This document shows, in pieces, positions 10,689 to 22,594 of a stretch of 64,000 nucleotides of DNA (positions are counted from its first letter, which is position 1; each line of letters opens with the position of its first letter). Under the pieces are notes generated by a model. It ran no database searches. It had not been told where the DNA came from and worked only from the letters and a program-made list of their open reading frames with translations. This DNA comes from Ascoidea asiatica JCM 7603 (lineage: Eukaryota; Fungi; Ascomycota), in contig BCKQ01000013.1 in NCBI GenBank assembly GCA_001600695.1, forward strand, positions 64,045 through 128,044. The letters are read 5' to 3'. A program made the position numbers and the translations under genes.

Positions 10689-12080
10689 ATGACAGTTTCT
10701 ACAGAAAATACAGGTTCTTATTTATTTCAAGGTACTGTTGATAAACATCAACCAATGATTGTTGGTGGTCATGGAGTTTATTTAATTGTTGAAGATCCAA
10801 TAACTCATGAAAAAAGAGAAATCTTAGATGGTAATACTTCTGCTTCTGTTTGTTCTTTAAGTCATGGTGATAAAGATATAATAAATGCAATGAAAAAAGC
10901 TTCTGAAGAATCTTTTTATTCATATCCAACAACAACTGCAAATTATAATGCTGAAAAATTAGCAAAATTTATTTGTGATCATTCACCAAAAAATTCTTTT
11001 AATTCTGCTGTATTTGTAGGTTCTGGTTCTGAAGCTAATGAAAATATGATAAAAATTGTTTATCAATATCATTTAGAAAATAATCAACCTGAAAGAATTA
11101 AATTTATTTCAAGAAATCAAAGTTATCATGGTTATTCATGTGGTTCAATGTCAATAGCTCAAACTAAAAGACATCAAAGATTTAGACCAGTAAATTTTAA
11201 TCAAAATCAATTTTTAAAAGTTAGTGAATGTTATCCATATCAAAAACAATTAAAAAATGAATCAATTAATGATTATAAATTTAGATTATTAAAAGAAGTT
11301 GAAGATACTTTTATTTCTGCAGGTACTGATAAAGTTGCTGCTTTTATTTGTGAAACTGTAAGTGGTTCAACTTTAGGTGCTCAAGGTCCAATTCCTGGTT
11401 ATCTTGAAGGTATTAGAAATATTTGTCATAAATATGGTGCTTTATTTGTTTTAGATGAAGTTATGTGTGGTATTGGAAGATGTGGTACTTATCATGCTTG
11501 GGAACAATTTTTACCTTTAGATAAAGGTCCTGATTTACAAACTATTGGTAAAACTTTAGGTAGTGGTTATGTAACAATTGCAGGAATTTTAATATCTCCA
11601 AAAGTTAAAGAAATGTATATTAAAGGTAGTGGAAAAATTATTGGTGCTCATACTTATCAATCACATTCTTTTAATTGTGCTGTTGCTTTAGCTGTACAAG
11701 AAAAAATTTTTAAAGAAAATTTAATTGAAAATTCAAAAAATATGGGAAATTATTTACATAATTTATTAATTAAAAATTTAAAAAATTCAAAAGTTTTTGG
11801 TGAAGTTAGAGGTTATGGTACTTTTCAAGCTGTTGAATTAGTTAAAAATAAAGAAACTAAAGAAGCTTTTAATACAAATTTAGATTTAGCTCATGTTATT
11901 GCTGATAAATGTTTTGAAAATGGTTTACAAATTATGGGTATGAATTATACAATTGATGGTGATCATGGTGATCATATTATGTTTTCTCCTCCATATACTA
12001 TAACTAAAGATGAAGTTGATAAAGCTGTTAATATTTTAACTAAAGTTATTAAAGAGGTTGAAATTGATTTAAAACTTTAA
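10689..12080 (+). CDS. PLP-dependent class-III aminotransferase, substrate unknown
   Basis: SGSEANE, SYHG, ETVSG, DEVMCGIGRCG, PDLQTIGKTLGSGY (PLP-binding Lys), HTYQSH and VRGYG. Confidence 0.92.
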   Translation: MTVSTENTGSYLFQGTVDKHQPMIVGGHGVYLIVEDPITHEKREILDGNTSASVCSLSHGDKDIINAMKKASEESFYSYPTTTANYNAEKLAKFICDHSPKNSFNSAVFVGSGSEANENMIKIVYQYHLENNQPERIKFISRNQSYHGYSCGSMSIAQTKRHQRFRPVNFNQNQFLKVSECYPYQKQLKNESINDYKFRLLKEVEDTFISAGTDKVAAFICETVSGSTLGAQGPIPGYLEGIRNICHKYGALFVLDEVMCGIGRCGTYHAWEQFLPLDKGPDLQTIGKTLGSGYVTIAGILISPKVKEMYIKGSGKIIGAHTYQSHSFNCAVALAVQEKIFKENLIENSKNMGNYLHNLLIKNLKNSKVFGEVRGYGTFQAVELVKNKETKEAFNTNLDLAHVIADKCFENGLQIMGMNYTIDGDHGDHIMFSPPYTITKDEVDKAVNILTKVIKEVEIDLKL

Positions 12081-12636
12081 TTATTAATCTAAAATTTATA
12101 TAATTAACTCCTCCAGTTCTTAGCTCTTTATTTACTCAACGAATTCTACTTTCAAATACTAGTATAAATCTCTATATATACATTTTATACAATATATAAA
12201 AATCTATAATAATAATAAACTACAATTATTATCTTATATTCTTTTTGACAATAAATCAATTCAAAAAAAAGAAGATCCGCAATTTTGGATTCAAATCCTA
12301 TAGAGCCCTGAGATTAAAAATTGTAAGTATCTGTGCCATTATGTACAATTTTGTGTCCTACAAACTAATTAGACTTTTGTGCAGAAAATATCATGCATTA
12401 TATTGCAGTGCTGCAGAAGATTAACGCGGGTAATGTTGCCCTGGTTGCAAGCTTTTTTCTCCCAAAACCTGATTCTTCAGGGATTTTCAAAACGCGTCGA
12501 TGGTGAATGCAATAAAAAATATAAGTATATTTTGTCTTACTAACTATAAAAGTGGTAAGAAGATGACTAAGTTTTATCTTTGCAGATAGACAACTTAAAT
12601 AGTTACCTAAAACATAAACCGAGCATGTTTTAGGTG

Positions 12637-12684
12637 ATCATGTGACTCTTCTAACAGATGTCACATGTTATAAAGATCACATGG
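12637..12684. promoter_or_regulatory. Cluster of three RTCACATG (Cbf1-type) sites
   Basis: ATCATGTGAC, GTCACATG and ATCACATG within 48 bp. Confidence 0.5.
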
Positions 12685-13689
12685 TTAGACAAACTTCATT
12701 AGCCACACAAAGGCTTGTTTAGCCTAATTTAATTAATGCAAGGGACCATTTCCAAAGCCACAAAAGCCACGTAAAGCCACTAGTGAAACAAAGGAGAGTG
12801 GCAAATGTAAGGGGCACATTCAATAAAATCCATCAAAGTATTGAGTGTGGCGTGCGCATAAAGACGCCGATCACGGGTGGCTGGTGCTTATGTGTTTCCT
12901 TCTGCGCTGCTGGCAGTTCTGCGTGCTGTACAGCGTGTTGTAATTTGCGTAGGTGCCGTGACTGGCGTGACCGACGAGACTTTGGAAATGATTTCATAAT
13001 TTTATTCCAGATTCAAAACAATTTTAAATGAAAACACTTTTCAGGAATTGAAGAATTCTATTTAATTCGTAATGAATAAAAAAAGAACTAAATCAGTTGC
13101 ATTCAATTCAATTTATTTCTAAAAAAACATATTTTTGTTTCATTGAATGATAAAGGTTAAATAAAGAGTTACATTATTATTTCAAAAGCTCTTTTCAAAA
13201 AAAGAAGAATAAATTGAAAAAGATACTTTTTCAAGTAAAATTAAAAACTTTTCAGCATTTTTCAATATTTTTAAAAAGTTACTCTACACTTCTTTTTTTT
13301 TTGTTTTAATAAAGTTACTTTTTTGAATATCATATCACTATCTGAAATATTTCAATTTATTTAATCTTTGATCTATTCCTATTTTACTTTTATTCTTTTC
13401 ATTTCTTTCTTTTACCATTTCAAAGGTTATGTTTAAAATTACAAATTCATTCAATAAACACGAGATATTCATTCGTTTTTAAAGAAAAGATATAGTAAAA
13501 GCTAATCAAAGCCCATTAAAAGTTTATAAAAGGTTAATTGAAGAAATATTAAAGGAAATAAACAATCAATTATCAGAATTCATATCATTTTCTTACAATT
13601 TTCTTTTTATTTATCTTCAAATTCATACTTAATCTCTTCAATTCATCAATTCATCATTTCATCAATTTATTATATTACAACATTGCATT

Positions 13690-16600
13690 ATGATTGAAGA
13701 AAATGATGAAGGAGCAAATTTAATCATTAATAATTTATCAAAATTACAATTTGATGATTTAGTTGATATAATATTATTAAAACAAAAAAATAGTTATTCA
13801 AATTTATTTCAAAATTTAAAAGAATTACAAAATTTAATTAATCAATTAAGAGTTTGGGGTAGAATTGAAAAATTAATAATAAATTTTTTTGATTATAATA
13901 TTATAATAAAATTATTTATAATCTTAGATAATTTTACAAAATCTTTAACTTATTTATCTTCGAATATTCAATTATCAAAATTAAATAATAATATTGATTT
14001 AAAATTAAAATCTCAAATTATTGAAAAATTAATTCTGGGAATTTATGCAACTTTATCAAATTGCTTTTTAATTAATAAAAATTTATTACAATCTTTTAAA
14101 TTATTTGATATAAATTATCCAAATTTTTTTAAAATTAATTCTAAGATTAAATTATTAAAAAATTTAAATTTAAAAATTGATGGTAATATAATCTTAATAA
14201 ATTTATTATTAATTTTATCAAAATGTTCAATAACAAATGATTTATCAATAAATTTTTTAAATTTTTTAAGAAAAAAAAATAATGATAATAAAATTATTGA
14301 AAAATTAAATTCAAACTTTCAAAATTTAATACCTCCAATTAGATTATTTTTTTTATTAATGTATAATGGTCATAAATATGATCAAATTAAAATTAAAAAA
14401 AATAATTTTATTAAATTAATTAATAAAATCATTTCAATTATTTTATTATCTTTGAAGAATACTTTATCAATCTCAAAATTCATTTTATTTCAAAATATTT
14501 TCATATTAAAAAATTCAAATAATATAACAAATATAATTAAAAATAAAGATATGTTTAATAAAAATTTAAATTTTATCTTAGTGGAATTATTAAAATCTTT
14601 ATATGCTTTTTTTCATAATTATAAATATTTATTACCTTTTTTAAAAGATTCTTTTCAAAATTTTGATATAAATGATGAAACTTTTAATAATCCAATCTCA
14701 AATAATAACTTAAATAATAATAATATAAATAATAATCATATAAACAATAATACTTTAACTGTTTCTCATAATTATGATTCAAATTTACATTCTCCAATAT
14801 TTTATAGTAATTCTTTAATTCCTATTCCAATCTCAACTTCAATTTCAAATGCTCAATCTTTACCTTTATCTAATTCCAACTCAATTTCAAATTTATCTAT
14901 TTCTTCAAATTCTTCAAAATCTTTTAAAAGTAATGATCAAAATTATCCTTCTTCAATTCATACAAGTTTTTCAACAAATAATCATTCTCATTTTAGTAAA
15001 AAAAGAATTTCAAATTTTAAAAAAATTACAACTAATAATCTTACAATCTCAATTAATACTTCAAATAATAATTCAAGTTTAAATAAATTGAGTTTACAAA
15101 TAGATAATAAAGTTAATGAAGCTTCTTTAATTAGTAATTTAAAAATATTTATTGAATTTATTGGTATTGATAAAGTTCATTTAATCTCTTCAAATTCTTC
15201 AATGATTTTTAAATCAAATACAAATTATTCTTTAAGTTTTTCTTCTTTATCTTTTGGTTTATTTAAAAATATTGGAAATTTATTTACAACTTTACCTTTT
15301 TATTTAATTAATAAAGTTTTATTTTTAAATTATTACCCTTCAAATAATAATAATAATAATCATAGTCATCATAATAGTAATGAATCAAGTTATCATAGTA
15401 AAAATATAAGTTATGATGATATAGATGATTTTAATTTTTCTTCTTCAAGTAGCCAAAATGATTTTAATTCAATTAATAATAATGATAACTCTGATACTGA
15501 GTTTTATGATACCGAAGAAGAAAATGACGAGGATTATGACACTGAAGAAGAGGATAGTGATAATAGTGATTCATGCACTTCAAGAACATCCACTTCTTCA
15601 ATAAGTGATAGTGAAAATTCTGTTTCCCACAAAAAAAAGCATTTGAAATCAAAATCAAAATCAAAATCCAAGTCAAAGTCAAAGTCTTATTACAATAAAA
15701 TTATATCTGTAGGTGGAGAAGATGATAACAGAATATATGATTCTGACGTAAGTGATCTAGATTCTGCTAACATTTTCGATTCAGATTCAGATGATTCCGA
15801 TATTGATATCAAAAGTTCCCGTACAACAAATAATTTTAAACCAAGAGATAGACTTAGACACATGCAACAGTTAAAAGAAAAACAAAAGGAAGAAGAAGAA
15901 AAAAATGCCAAAGAAATGAGTATGGATGATGATTTATTAGCTAATAATGGGTTTTATAAAAAAAATCCAATTATGTATGATTTTAAAAAATTTGTTTTTA
16001 ATTATTTAAGTTTAATGAAATTTGAACTTCTAAATCAAAATTCAGATGTGATTCCACCAATAATAAATTCATCTTCAAATCTCAAATCAAATGATGATAT
16101 ACAAAACTCTTTAAAAAACAAAGAAAAGTTAAAAAAAAAATTCCCAGAGGATGATATTTTCACAATCCTATTATTAATTAATCATATTGTTGATTTCTTA
16201 AAATACTTGAAAAAACAAGTCGTGGATTTCAAAGCATATTCCGAAGCGATAAACTCTTCCTCATTAAAAAAAAAAAAAAAAATGAAAAGAAAGACTAGAA
16301 TAATGAAGCAAAAAGAATTTTTAGTTGATGATATTTTATCTATGATTACTGAAAATGTATTGCCTATAAATCAAGAAATGAAAGATAAATTGCGTTCAGA
16401 AAAGGATATTATGGCTAAACTATTTGCAAATGTTTTACAAGCTACAAGAAATGAAAATCTGGATACCCAAACTCTCTCTAGAAAAGAAAGCAGGAAATTC
16501 TCTTATGGAAACAGAGCAAGCCTTTATCACAATGGATCTATTTCTTCTTCAAAAAAACCAAATGAAAGTTCATTTGGACAGAAATCTATATCAGTACCTG

Positions 16601-17586
16601 CCAATGATATACCCACATTTACTTGTCTTGAGCTTTATCCACTTCTAATTCAATGTTGTAAGGATAACTTCAAAGCACAAGGAATCAAAACTCTAATCAT
16701 AGATTTATTTTTCAGTCTTATCATAGGCGATGAGCTTTTAGCTGATCCTTCGTCGATTAGTACTATGATTCAAGAAGATTATGTTGTTAATACTTTAAAT
16801 ATAGATGCCAGAAAAGCTAGTACCGCTAGTTATAGAAGTTTCAAAAGTTCAGATCAAAAAAAATTATCAGAAGATTTAGGTTACGATATTGCAAATATTG
16901 ATTTTGATAATTTTACTGTGATGGAATCTCCTATTAATACATTAGAAACGTTGAAACTTTCAAAAGAGCAATCAAACTCAGGTGAAGATCAAGTTGCACA
17001 TTCTGATGGTCTTGTAAACAATGAGTTAATTGTGAAATTCAAGAAATTTTTAAAGATATTTATGAGGAATGATTTACATAAAATAGTATTTTTATTTTTG
17101 AAAAGTAAAAAAATTGTTCAAACTAAAGATGACTTGAAAATTATAAATGATTTTTTCGATGAAGGAGAAAATAGTGAATCGCATGCATACGATCTTAACT
17201 ATTACACATCACCTAAAACAGCTTCCAACAGAGATTCTATAAAATCAAATTATGTTGCCTCAAATCAAAGAGATTCTCTTTTAAATTATTCTAAATACAT
17301 AAAAGAGCCTCCAACCAATTCACGAAGACCTTCTCCAAATAATAGAGGTTCATCGTCAACTGTTGCTTTAGGCAGAGAACCTTCAAGGAAGATTTCATAT
17401 GGTGATCTATTTTCCAGATATGAATTCAATGGAGATGTCAGCTCTATTAGAAGTAATACAGCTCGTTCTAAATTGTCAGACATACCCAGTTCAAATGCTT
17501 CCATCAATGACAATCTGAGCTGGACTGAAGAAGATAAATTCAGAGAAGCAGAAAAAATATATAAACTAATTTGGCAAGCACATTGA
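13690..17586 (+). CDS. Large protein with low-complexity inserts; probable Ric-8/synembryn-like G-alpha chaperone/GEF
   Basis: 1298-aa ORF. C-terminal WTEEDKFREAEKIYKLI resembles the Ric-8 signature M[TS]xEEKExEAE[RK]LxxL. LRVWGR, IRLFFLL and ELLKSLY resemble Ric-8 ARM-repeat motifs. The CDS is secure; the family call is motif-level only. Confidence 0.6.
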   Translation: MIEENDEGANLIINNLSKLQFDDLVDIILLKQKNSYSNLFQNLKELQNLINQLRVWGRIEKLIINFFDYNIIIKLFIILDNFTKSLTYLSSNIQLSKLNNNIDLKLKSQIIEKLILGIYATLSNCFLINKNLLQSFKLFDINYPNFFKINSKIKLLKNLNLKIDGNIILINLLLILSKCSITNDLSINFLNFLRKKNNDNKIIEKLNSNFQNLIPPIRLFFLLMYNGHKYDQIKIKKNNFIKLINKIISIILLSLKNTLSISKFILFQNIFILKNSNNITNIIKNKDMFNKNLNFILVELLKSLYAFFHNYKYLLPFLKDSFQNFDINDETFNNPISNNNLNNNNINNNHINNNTLTVSHNYDSNLHSPIFYSNSLIPIPISTSISNAQSLPLSNSNSISNLSISSNSSKSFKSNDQNYPSSIHTSFSTNNHSHFSKKRISNFKKITTNNLTISINTSNNNSSLNKLSLQIDNKVNEASLISNLKIFIEFIGIDKVHLISSNSSMIFKSNTNYSLSFSSLSFGLFKNIGNLFTTLPFYLINKVLFLNYYPSNNNNNNHSHHNSNESSYHSKNISYDDIDDFNFSSSSSQNDFNSINNNDNSDTEFYDTEEENDEDYDTEEEDSDNSDSCTSRTSTSSISDSENSVSHKKKHLKSKSKSKSKSKSKSYYNKIISVGGEDDNRIYDSDVSDLDSANIFDSDSDDSDIDIKSSRTTNNFKPRDRLRHMQQLKEKQKEEEEKNAKEMSMDDDLLANNGFYKKNPIMYDFKKFVFNYLSLMKFELLNQNSDVIPPIINSSSNLKSNDDIQNSLKNKEKLKKKFPEDDIFTILLLINHIVDFLKYLKKQVVDFKAYSEAINSSSLKKKKKMKRKTRIMKQKEFLVDDILSMITENVLPINQEMKDKLRSEKDIMAKLFANVLQATRNENLDTQTLSRKESRKFSYGNRASLYHNGSISSSKKPNESSFGQKSISVPANDIPTFTCLELYPLLIQCCKDNFKAQGIKTLIIDLFFSLIIGDELLADPSSISTMIQEDYVVNTLNIDARKASTASYRSFKSSDQKKLSEDLGYDIANIDFDNFTVMESPINTLETLKLSKEQSNSGEDQVAHSDGLVNNELIVKFKKFLKIFMRNDLHKIVFLFLKSKKIVQTKDDLKIINDFFDEGENSESHAYDLNYYTSPKTASNRDSIKSNYVASNQRDSLLNYSKYIKEPPTNSRRPSPNNRGSSSTVALGREPSRKISYGDLFSRYEFNGDVSSIRSNTARSKLSDIPSSNASINDNLSWTEEDKFREAEKIYKLIWQAH

Positions 17587-17863
17587 TTTCATTACCTTTC
17601 TTTTATTTTTTTACCTTTTTTTTTTTAGAAGCTTTCTACTTTTTCATTTTTTTTAGATTTTTTTTCGATATAGTTTTTTTTTTCTGCCGCGTTAGGTTCA
17701 AGGGCAGGTTTGTTTTATTTTTACATTTTTTTAGTTAATTCATTCATTCAATTTCGTCTAAATTTTTAGAATTTTAAATTAATTTCTTATTTTCAATAAA
17801 CTCATGATAATATATATAAAGTACACAAAAATAAAAAGTAGCTACGTAAAAATAAAAGCAAAT

Positions 17864-20800
17864 TCAAATATCACTAAAATCAGAATCATCATCATTATCA
17901 GATGGAAGAGCGTCACTTTCTGTTTCTGAATCAGCTATTTTATATGTCTTAGAAGGCTTGGCTTTTCTAGTTCTATTAGCTCTAGTTGAGGGTATAATGG
18001 CATCTTCATCGATACTTAAATCACTTTCTTCGTCATCTAAAACAATCTTTGTTTTCCTTTTCTTGGCAGGGGCAGGTGTAGGTGTTGTTCTCTTCAAAGG
18101 AAGCTTCTTCACTACTCTTTTTTTAGGAGCAGGCTTGGAAACTTCTAACTCTTCCTGTTTATCTTCAGTTTTTTCTTTACTTATACTTGGCTTTCCAAAT
18201 ATAGAAGCTGATGAACCTCCAAATATAGAACCCGTCTTTTTGGTAAAAAACGATTTAAATTCAGTATCAGTCGAAGCTTCAGGGATTTTCTTTTCTGTTT
18301 CCTCTTTGATTTTTCGTTTTTTGGTATTCAATTGATCCATTATATCGGTAGATTCCCGTTTGGTAGAAGCTCCAGGGGATTCAGTTTTACTAGAAGAGGT
18401 TGAAGATTCTCTTTTAACTGGCTTCTCTTTTTTAACCTTACTTTTAACCTCAGTAGGAGGGTTTGGCTGAAGATATTCTCCCTTTGCATCTTCAAAAAGT
18501 TTGAGTTTCTTTAAGGCTTTTCCTTTAGGCTTAGCTTTAGATCTTCCTTTACCTTTTTTACCTTTGGTGTTACTTGCATCTCCCATAGAAAGAACTCGCT
18601 CTTCATAATCATACTTCAAGAATTCTTGATATTTGACTTCAAAAACATCTAAATCTTCAGACCATAGATCCTTAGCAGATTTACTCAAAAGCAAATTTAA
18701 TTCTTCTTCCTTAAGGCCTTTTTCTCTTAATAATTTTTCAAATCTTTCTTTGGTCAATGACCATATAGGCATTTTCAAAAGATAATCGAAAGTTTGATGT
18801 AAATTTTCTGGTTTATGGACTTCTTCTTCGCCAACATTTTCATCAGAATCAGACTCTGAAACATCATCATCATCAATAGATGTATCGGCGGCATTAAGCT
18901 CAGATAGTTTAACATCTTCTCTGATTAGAGCTCCAGTTTTACTACTAAATCTTGGGAACTTGAGTTTGACTAAATCTTTTGCTATATCTACTCTTTTCCT
19001 ATTGTTAACATTCAATTTCTTTTCAATTATGTATTTAATAAACATTGCTTGAGCCGAAATCTTTTTTAGTTGCTCATCTAAAAGATTTGCTAAATAATCT
19101 TTTCGTTTTTGATAATATTCTAATCTGACAAAATAAAATTCCTTGAGAATATCTAAAACAGAATCGTATCTTTGTATTCTTCCTTTTGGATCAAATGCTA
19201 TCATATTGGCTAGAGATATAGATTGAATTAACTTAAATCTTTCATAAAATCCAATTTTTTCTGTTTTTCTCATTTCTTCGTTAGTCAAAGTGACAATGAA
19301 TTTATGCCCTTCATGATCATCTTGTTCTTGCATATCTTTGATCCAAGGCTCTCCCTTGTCTCTAGATAATCCTTGATTAAGTAATTTTTTAACAGAATCT
19401 GTCCACATTTTTGCAGGATATTCAGAGATAAGAATGGTATTATCATCAAGTCTTTCAATACGACCAAGCATTCTATATCGGTCAATTCCAATTCTCTCTA
19501 TTGTACCTCTCCATCCTCTGTACCAAGGAACCATATCCAGCATTTCCTTTCCAATAAGTAGTCTTTTAATATTGGCTAGAATATCTTCAGGGTTGAATTG
19601 AGGAATATAGGTTGACCAACCAGTTCCTATACCTTCCGCACCATTAACTAAAATCATTGGTAAAATTGGCGCATACCACTCTGGTTCAATAGTTTTACCA
19701 TCTTCGGGTAAATAATTAAACAAAGGATCATCATGAGGATGGAATATAGATCTGGTTATTTTATTAAGTTTTGTAAAAATATATCTTGCAGCTGCAGCAT
19801 CTTTACCACCACAAGCCCTAGAACCGAAGGCACCATTGGGCTCTAAAAGATAAATATTATTTGAACCAACAAAACTTTGAGCCATTCCGATAATTGTCTG
19901 CATCATTGAAGCATCACCATGATGATAACTAGCATGACCATTAACAAAACCTTGTAATTCAGAAACTTTCTTTTCAGTTTTAAGTTTTGTTTTGAAATAA
20001 GTATACAAAACCTTTCTTTGAACAGGTTTAAATCCATCCATCATAGAGGGAATAGATCTTGCACAATCTGCAATAGAAAATAAAATCAATTCTTTATTGA
20101 TAAACTCCGATATTGGAATTGTTTGAAGGGATTGGTCTAAATGACTCCCTGGAACAAAACCTCTTAGCCATTCTTTACGATCATCAGCTCTTTTTTTATT
20201 GAAAGCTAGATCAATGGTTAACCTATCTTCTGATTTTAAAGGCTCGAATTCTTTTCGATGATATTCAAGAGCTTCAAAATAACCTTTCATATCAGAAGCT
20301 TTAGAAGAACCGATTCCTTTAAGATATTTGAAAGTATATGTAAGACGAGTAGCATCATTATCTCTCCAATGTTCCCATTCAGGCATTGTATAAAAGTTTT
20401 GAACTCTTGATTGGCCCCTTTGTGTTATATTAACTTTAACAATTGGAGTAATGAATTCTACTAAAAACCCAGGTATGTTTAATAAGCCTGGAAATGAAGA
20501 TTCAAGAAAATTGATTAATAATCCTTTAATATGAGATCCATCATAATCTTGATCCGCCATAATCATTATACTTCCATATCTTAAACCTTTTGTATCTTTA
20601 TAAGTAGTTTTATGTTTTAAACCGACAATTTTTTTAATATGAGTGATTTCAGTATTTTTCATTATTTGATCACTTGAAGCTTCACGAACATTTAAAATTT
20701 TACCTCTTAATGGAAATAAACCATAATAATCTCTTCCTACTACACTTAATCCTGCAGTTGCTTGAGATTTAGCAGAATTACCTTCTGTTAAAATTAAAGT

Positions 20801-22594
20801 GCATTTGTGACCTTCTCTTGTACCAGCTTTATTTGCGTCATCTAAAGCATCAATATCAGTAATTCTTGATTTTCTACCAGTTCCATCTGTTTTTTGAATA
20901 TCTCTATCAGAATTTTTAGTCATAATATCATCCAAATTTGCCTCTAATTCGGATTTTAAAATATCTTTGATAAAATCATCGGGTATAACAAAATCAGTTT
21001 TTATTGAACTAAACTGGGAAGGTTTTGTTGTTAATTGTTCTTTGGTTTGAGAAGTAAAAGCAGGATTTTCAATAAGTGAATTAACAAATAAAAACATAAA
21101 ATTTTTAATTTGAGCAGGTTTTAAATTAGTTTTTTTATTTTTCTTTTTCTTTTTTTCAATAATTAATTTTGCAATTTGATCAGAAAGATGATTAATATGA
21201 GTACCACCAGAAGTTGTTGCAATTGAATTTACAAAAGAAACTTGATTAAAAGTACCATCAGAACAAATAAAAGCAATTTCTAATTTTTCACTAATCTTTT
21301 TATAAGCAACATAAGGTTTTGGATCTAAAGCCTGTAATTTTGATAATTGTAAAGATTCATCACTTTCTGTTTTTGATGGATCAGGTTTTGATGGATCTGT
21401 TTTTTTTGGATCAGAATCTTTAGAGTCTGGATCAACATTATTTAAAATAGAATCTAAATATTTTTTCTTATTTTCCATCAATGAAGTAACATAAAGGTCC
21501 ACATAAGATCTAAAATCTTTACATTTTAATTTTTTACCATTTAAAAATACATTTATATTTTTAACAGAACCACAAATATCAAACACTCTTCTTTTCATTA
21601 TTGAAATTATATCCCCTTTTAATGAAGTCATATTAAATTTTGATAAATCTGGATTAAAAGTTATTTTTGTATATGGATTTTTTATAGATTTTTTCTCTGA
21701 AATTATTGGACTATTAACAATTGACATATTATTGTTCCAAACTTGTTTATAAGATCTATTATTGATTGAATCTTCAGTTTCAATAATAAATTGATTTGAA
21801 AAAATATTACATAATTTTGCACCGTAACCATTTCTACCACCAGTTACTTTTTTTTCATTATCGTTATAATTTGAAGAAGTTAATAGATTACCAAAAATTA
21901 ATTCAGGTATATAAATTTTTTCTTTTTTATGAATTTCAATTGGAATACCTTTACCATCATTTTTAATTGATATTAAATTAGATTCTGGATCAATAATAAC
22001 TTCAATTTTAGACATTTTTGGATCTCTAATTTTATTATCAGCAGCATTAACTAAAATTTCATCAAATATTTTGAACAAACCCGGAACAAATTTAACATTT
22101 TTTTCAATCATTAAATCTTTTTCATCATCATAAACCCACATCTTTTCTTCAGTAAACTCTGTAGAACCAATATAAGTATCAGGTCTTTTTAAAATATGTT
22201 CTAATTGAGATAATCTAACATATTGATCGGAAGCAGAAACTTTTGAAGAAGATGCAGGTCTTTTTGAAGTTCTAGAAGCCGAAATCTTTGGAGTTGAAAC
22301 TTTTGGAGTTGAAGACTTTGAAGGTGTCTTTGAGGAAGAAGTAGAAGCCTTAGATTTCAATGGAGTTTTTCTTGTGGATTTTGATGTTGTAGCTGTTGCT
22401 TTGGGAGTTGATTTAGTCGATTTAGTTTTTTTTGTTTTTTCAATTTCAAATTCAGATTCAGAACCTGAATCTGAAAATGCATCAGAATTTGAACCTGAAT
22501 TCAGTTCAGGATCAGAACCGAAGTCCATATTTAAATCATCCTCTTCTTCATCATCATCAATTCTAATATTTGTAATCTTTTTCCTTGGAGGCAT
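17864..22594 (-). CDS. TOP2: DNA topoisomerase II
   Basis: HILKRPDTYIGS, EILVNAADN, GGRNGYGAKLCNIFS, LTEG, PLRGKILN, DQDYDGSHIKG, DGFKPVQRK and catalytic AAARYIFT. Confidence 0.99.
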   Translation of the reverse strand: MPPRKKITNIRIDDDEEEDDLNMDFGSDPELNSGSNSDAFSDSGSESEFEIEKTKKTKSTKSTPKATATTSKSTRKTPLKSKASTSSSKTPSKSSTPKVSTPKISASRTSKRPASSSKVSASDQYVRLSQLEHILKRPDTYIGSTEFTEEKMWVYDDEKDLMIEKNVKFVPGLFKIFDEILVNAADNKIRDPKMSKIEVIIDPESNLISIKNDGKGIPIEIHKKEKIYIPELIFGNLLTSSNYNDNEKKVTGGRNGYGAKLCNIFSNQFIIETEDSINNRSYKQVWNNNMSIVNSPIISEKKSIKNPYTKITFNPDLSKFNMTSLKGDIISIMKRRVFDICGSVKNINVFLNGKKLKCKDFRSYVDLYVTSLMENKKKYLDSILNNVDPDSKDSDPKKTDPSKPDPSKTESDESLQLSKLQALDPKPYVAYKKISEKLEIAFICSDGTFNQVSFVNSIATTSGGTHINHLSDQIAKLIIEKKKKKNKKTNLKPAQIKNFMFLFVNSLIENPAFTSQTKEQLTTKPSQFSSIKTDFVIPDDFIKDILKSELEANLDDIMTKNSDRDIQKTDGTGRKSRITDIDALDDANKAGTREGHKCTLILTEGNSAKSQATAGLSVVGRDYYGLFPLRGKILNVREASSDQIMKNTEITHIKKIVGLKHKTTYKDTKGLRYGSIMIMADQDYDGSHIKGLLINFLESSFPGLLNIPGFLVEFITPIVKVNITQRGQSRVQNFYTMPEWEHWRDNDATRLTYTFKYLKGIGSSKASDMKGYFEALEYHRKEFEPLKSEDRLTIDLAFNKKRADDRKEWLRGFVPGSHLDQSLQTIPISEFINKELILFSIADCARSIPSMMDGFKPVQRKVLYTYFKTKLKTEKKVSELQGFVNGHASYHHGDASMMQTIIGMAQSFVGSNNIYLLEPNGAFGSRACGGKDAAAARYIFTKLNKITRSIFHPHDDPLFNYLPEDGKTIEPEWYAPILPMILVNGAEGIGTGWSTYIPQFNPEDILANIKRLLIGKEMLDMVPWYRGWRGTIERIGIDRYRMLGRIERLDDNTILISEYPAKMWTDSVKKLLNQGLSRDKGEPWIKDMQEQDDHEGHKFIVTLTNEEMRKTEKIGFYERFKLIQSISLANMIAFDPKGRIQRYDSVLDILKEFYFVRLEYYQKRKDYLANLLDEQLKKISAQAMFIKYIIEKKLNVNNRKRVDIAKDLVKLKFPRFSSKTGALIREDVKLSELNAADTSIDDDDVSESDSDENVGEEEVHKPENLHQTFDYLLKMPIWSLTKERFEKLLREKGLKEEELNLLLSKSAKDLWSEDLDVFEVKYQEFLKYDYEERVLSMGDASNTKGKKGKGRSKAKPKGKALKKLKLFEDAKGEYLQPNPPTEVKSKVKKEKPVKRESSTSSSKTESPGASTKRESTDIMDQLNTKKRKIKEETEKKIPEASTDTEFKSFFTKKTGSIFGGSSASIFGKPSISKEKTEDKQEELEVSKPAPKKRVVKKLPLKRTTPTPAPAKKRKTKIVLDDEESDLSIDEDAIIPSTRANRTRKAKPSKTYKIADSETESDALPSDNDDDSDFSDI

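Noticed and set aside
17864-22594. Evidence for CUG codon reassignment
   Set aside because: The few CTG codons I noticed fall at poorly conserved positions; this needs alignments.
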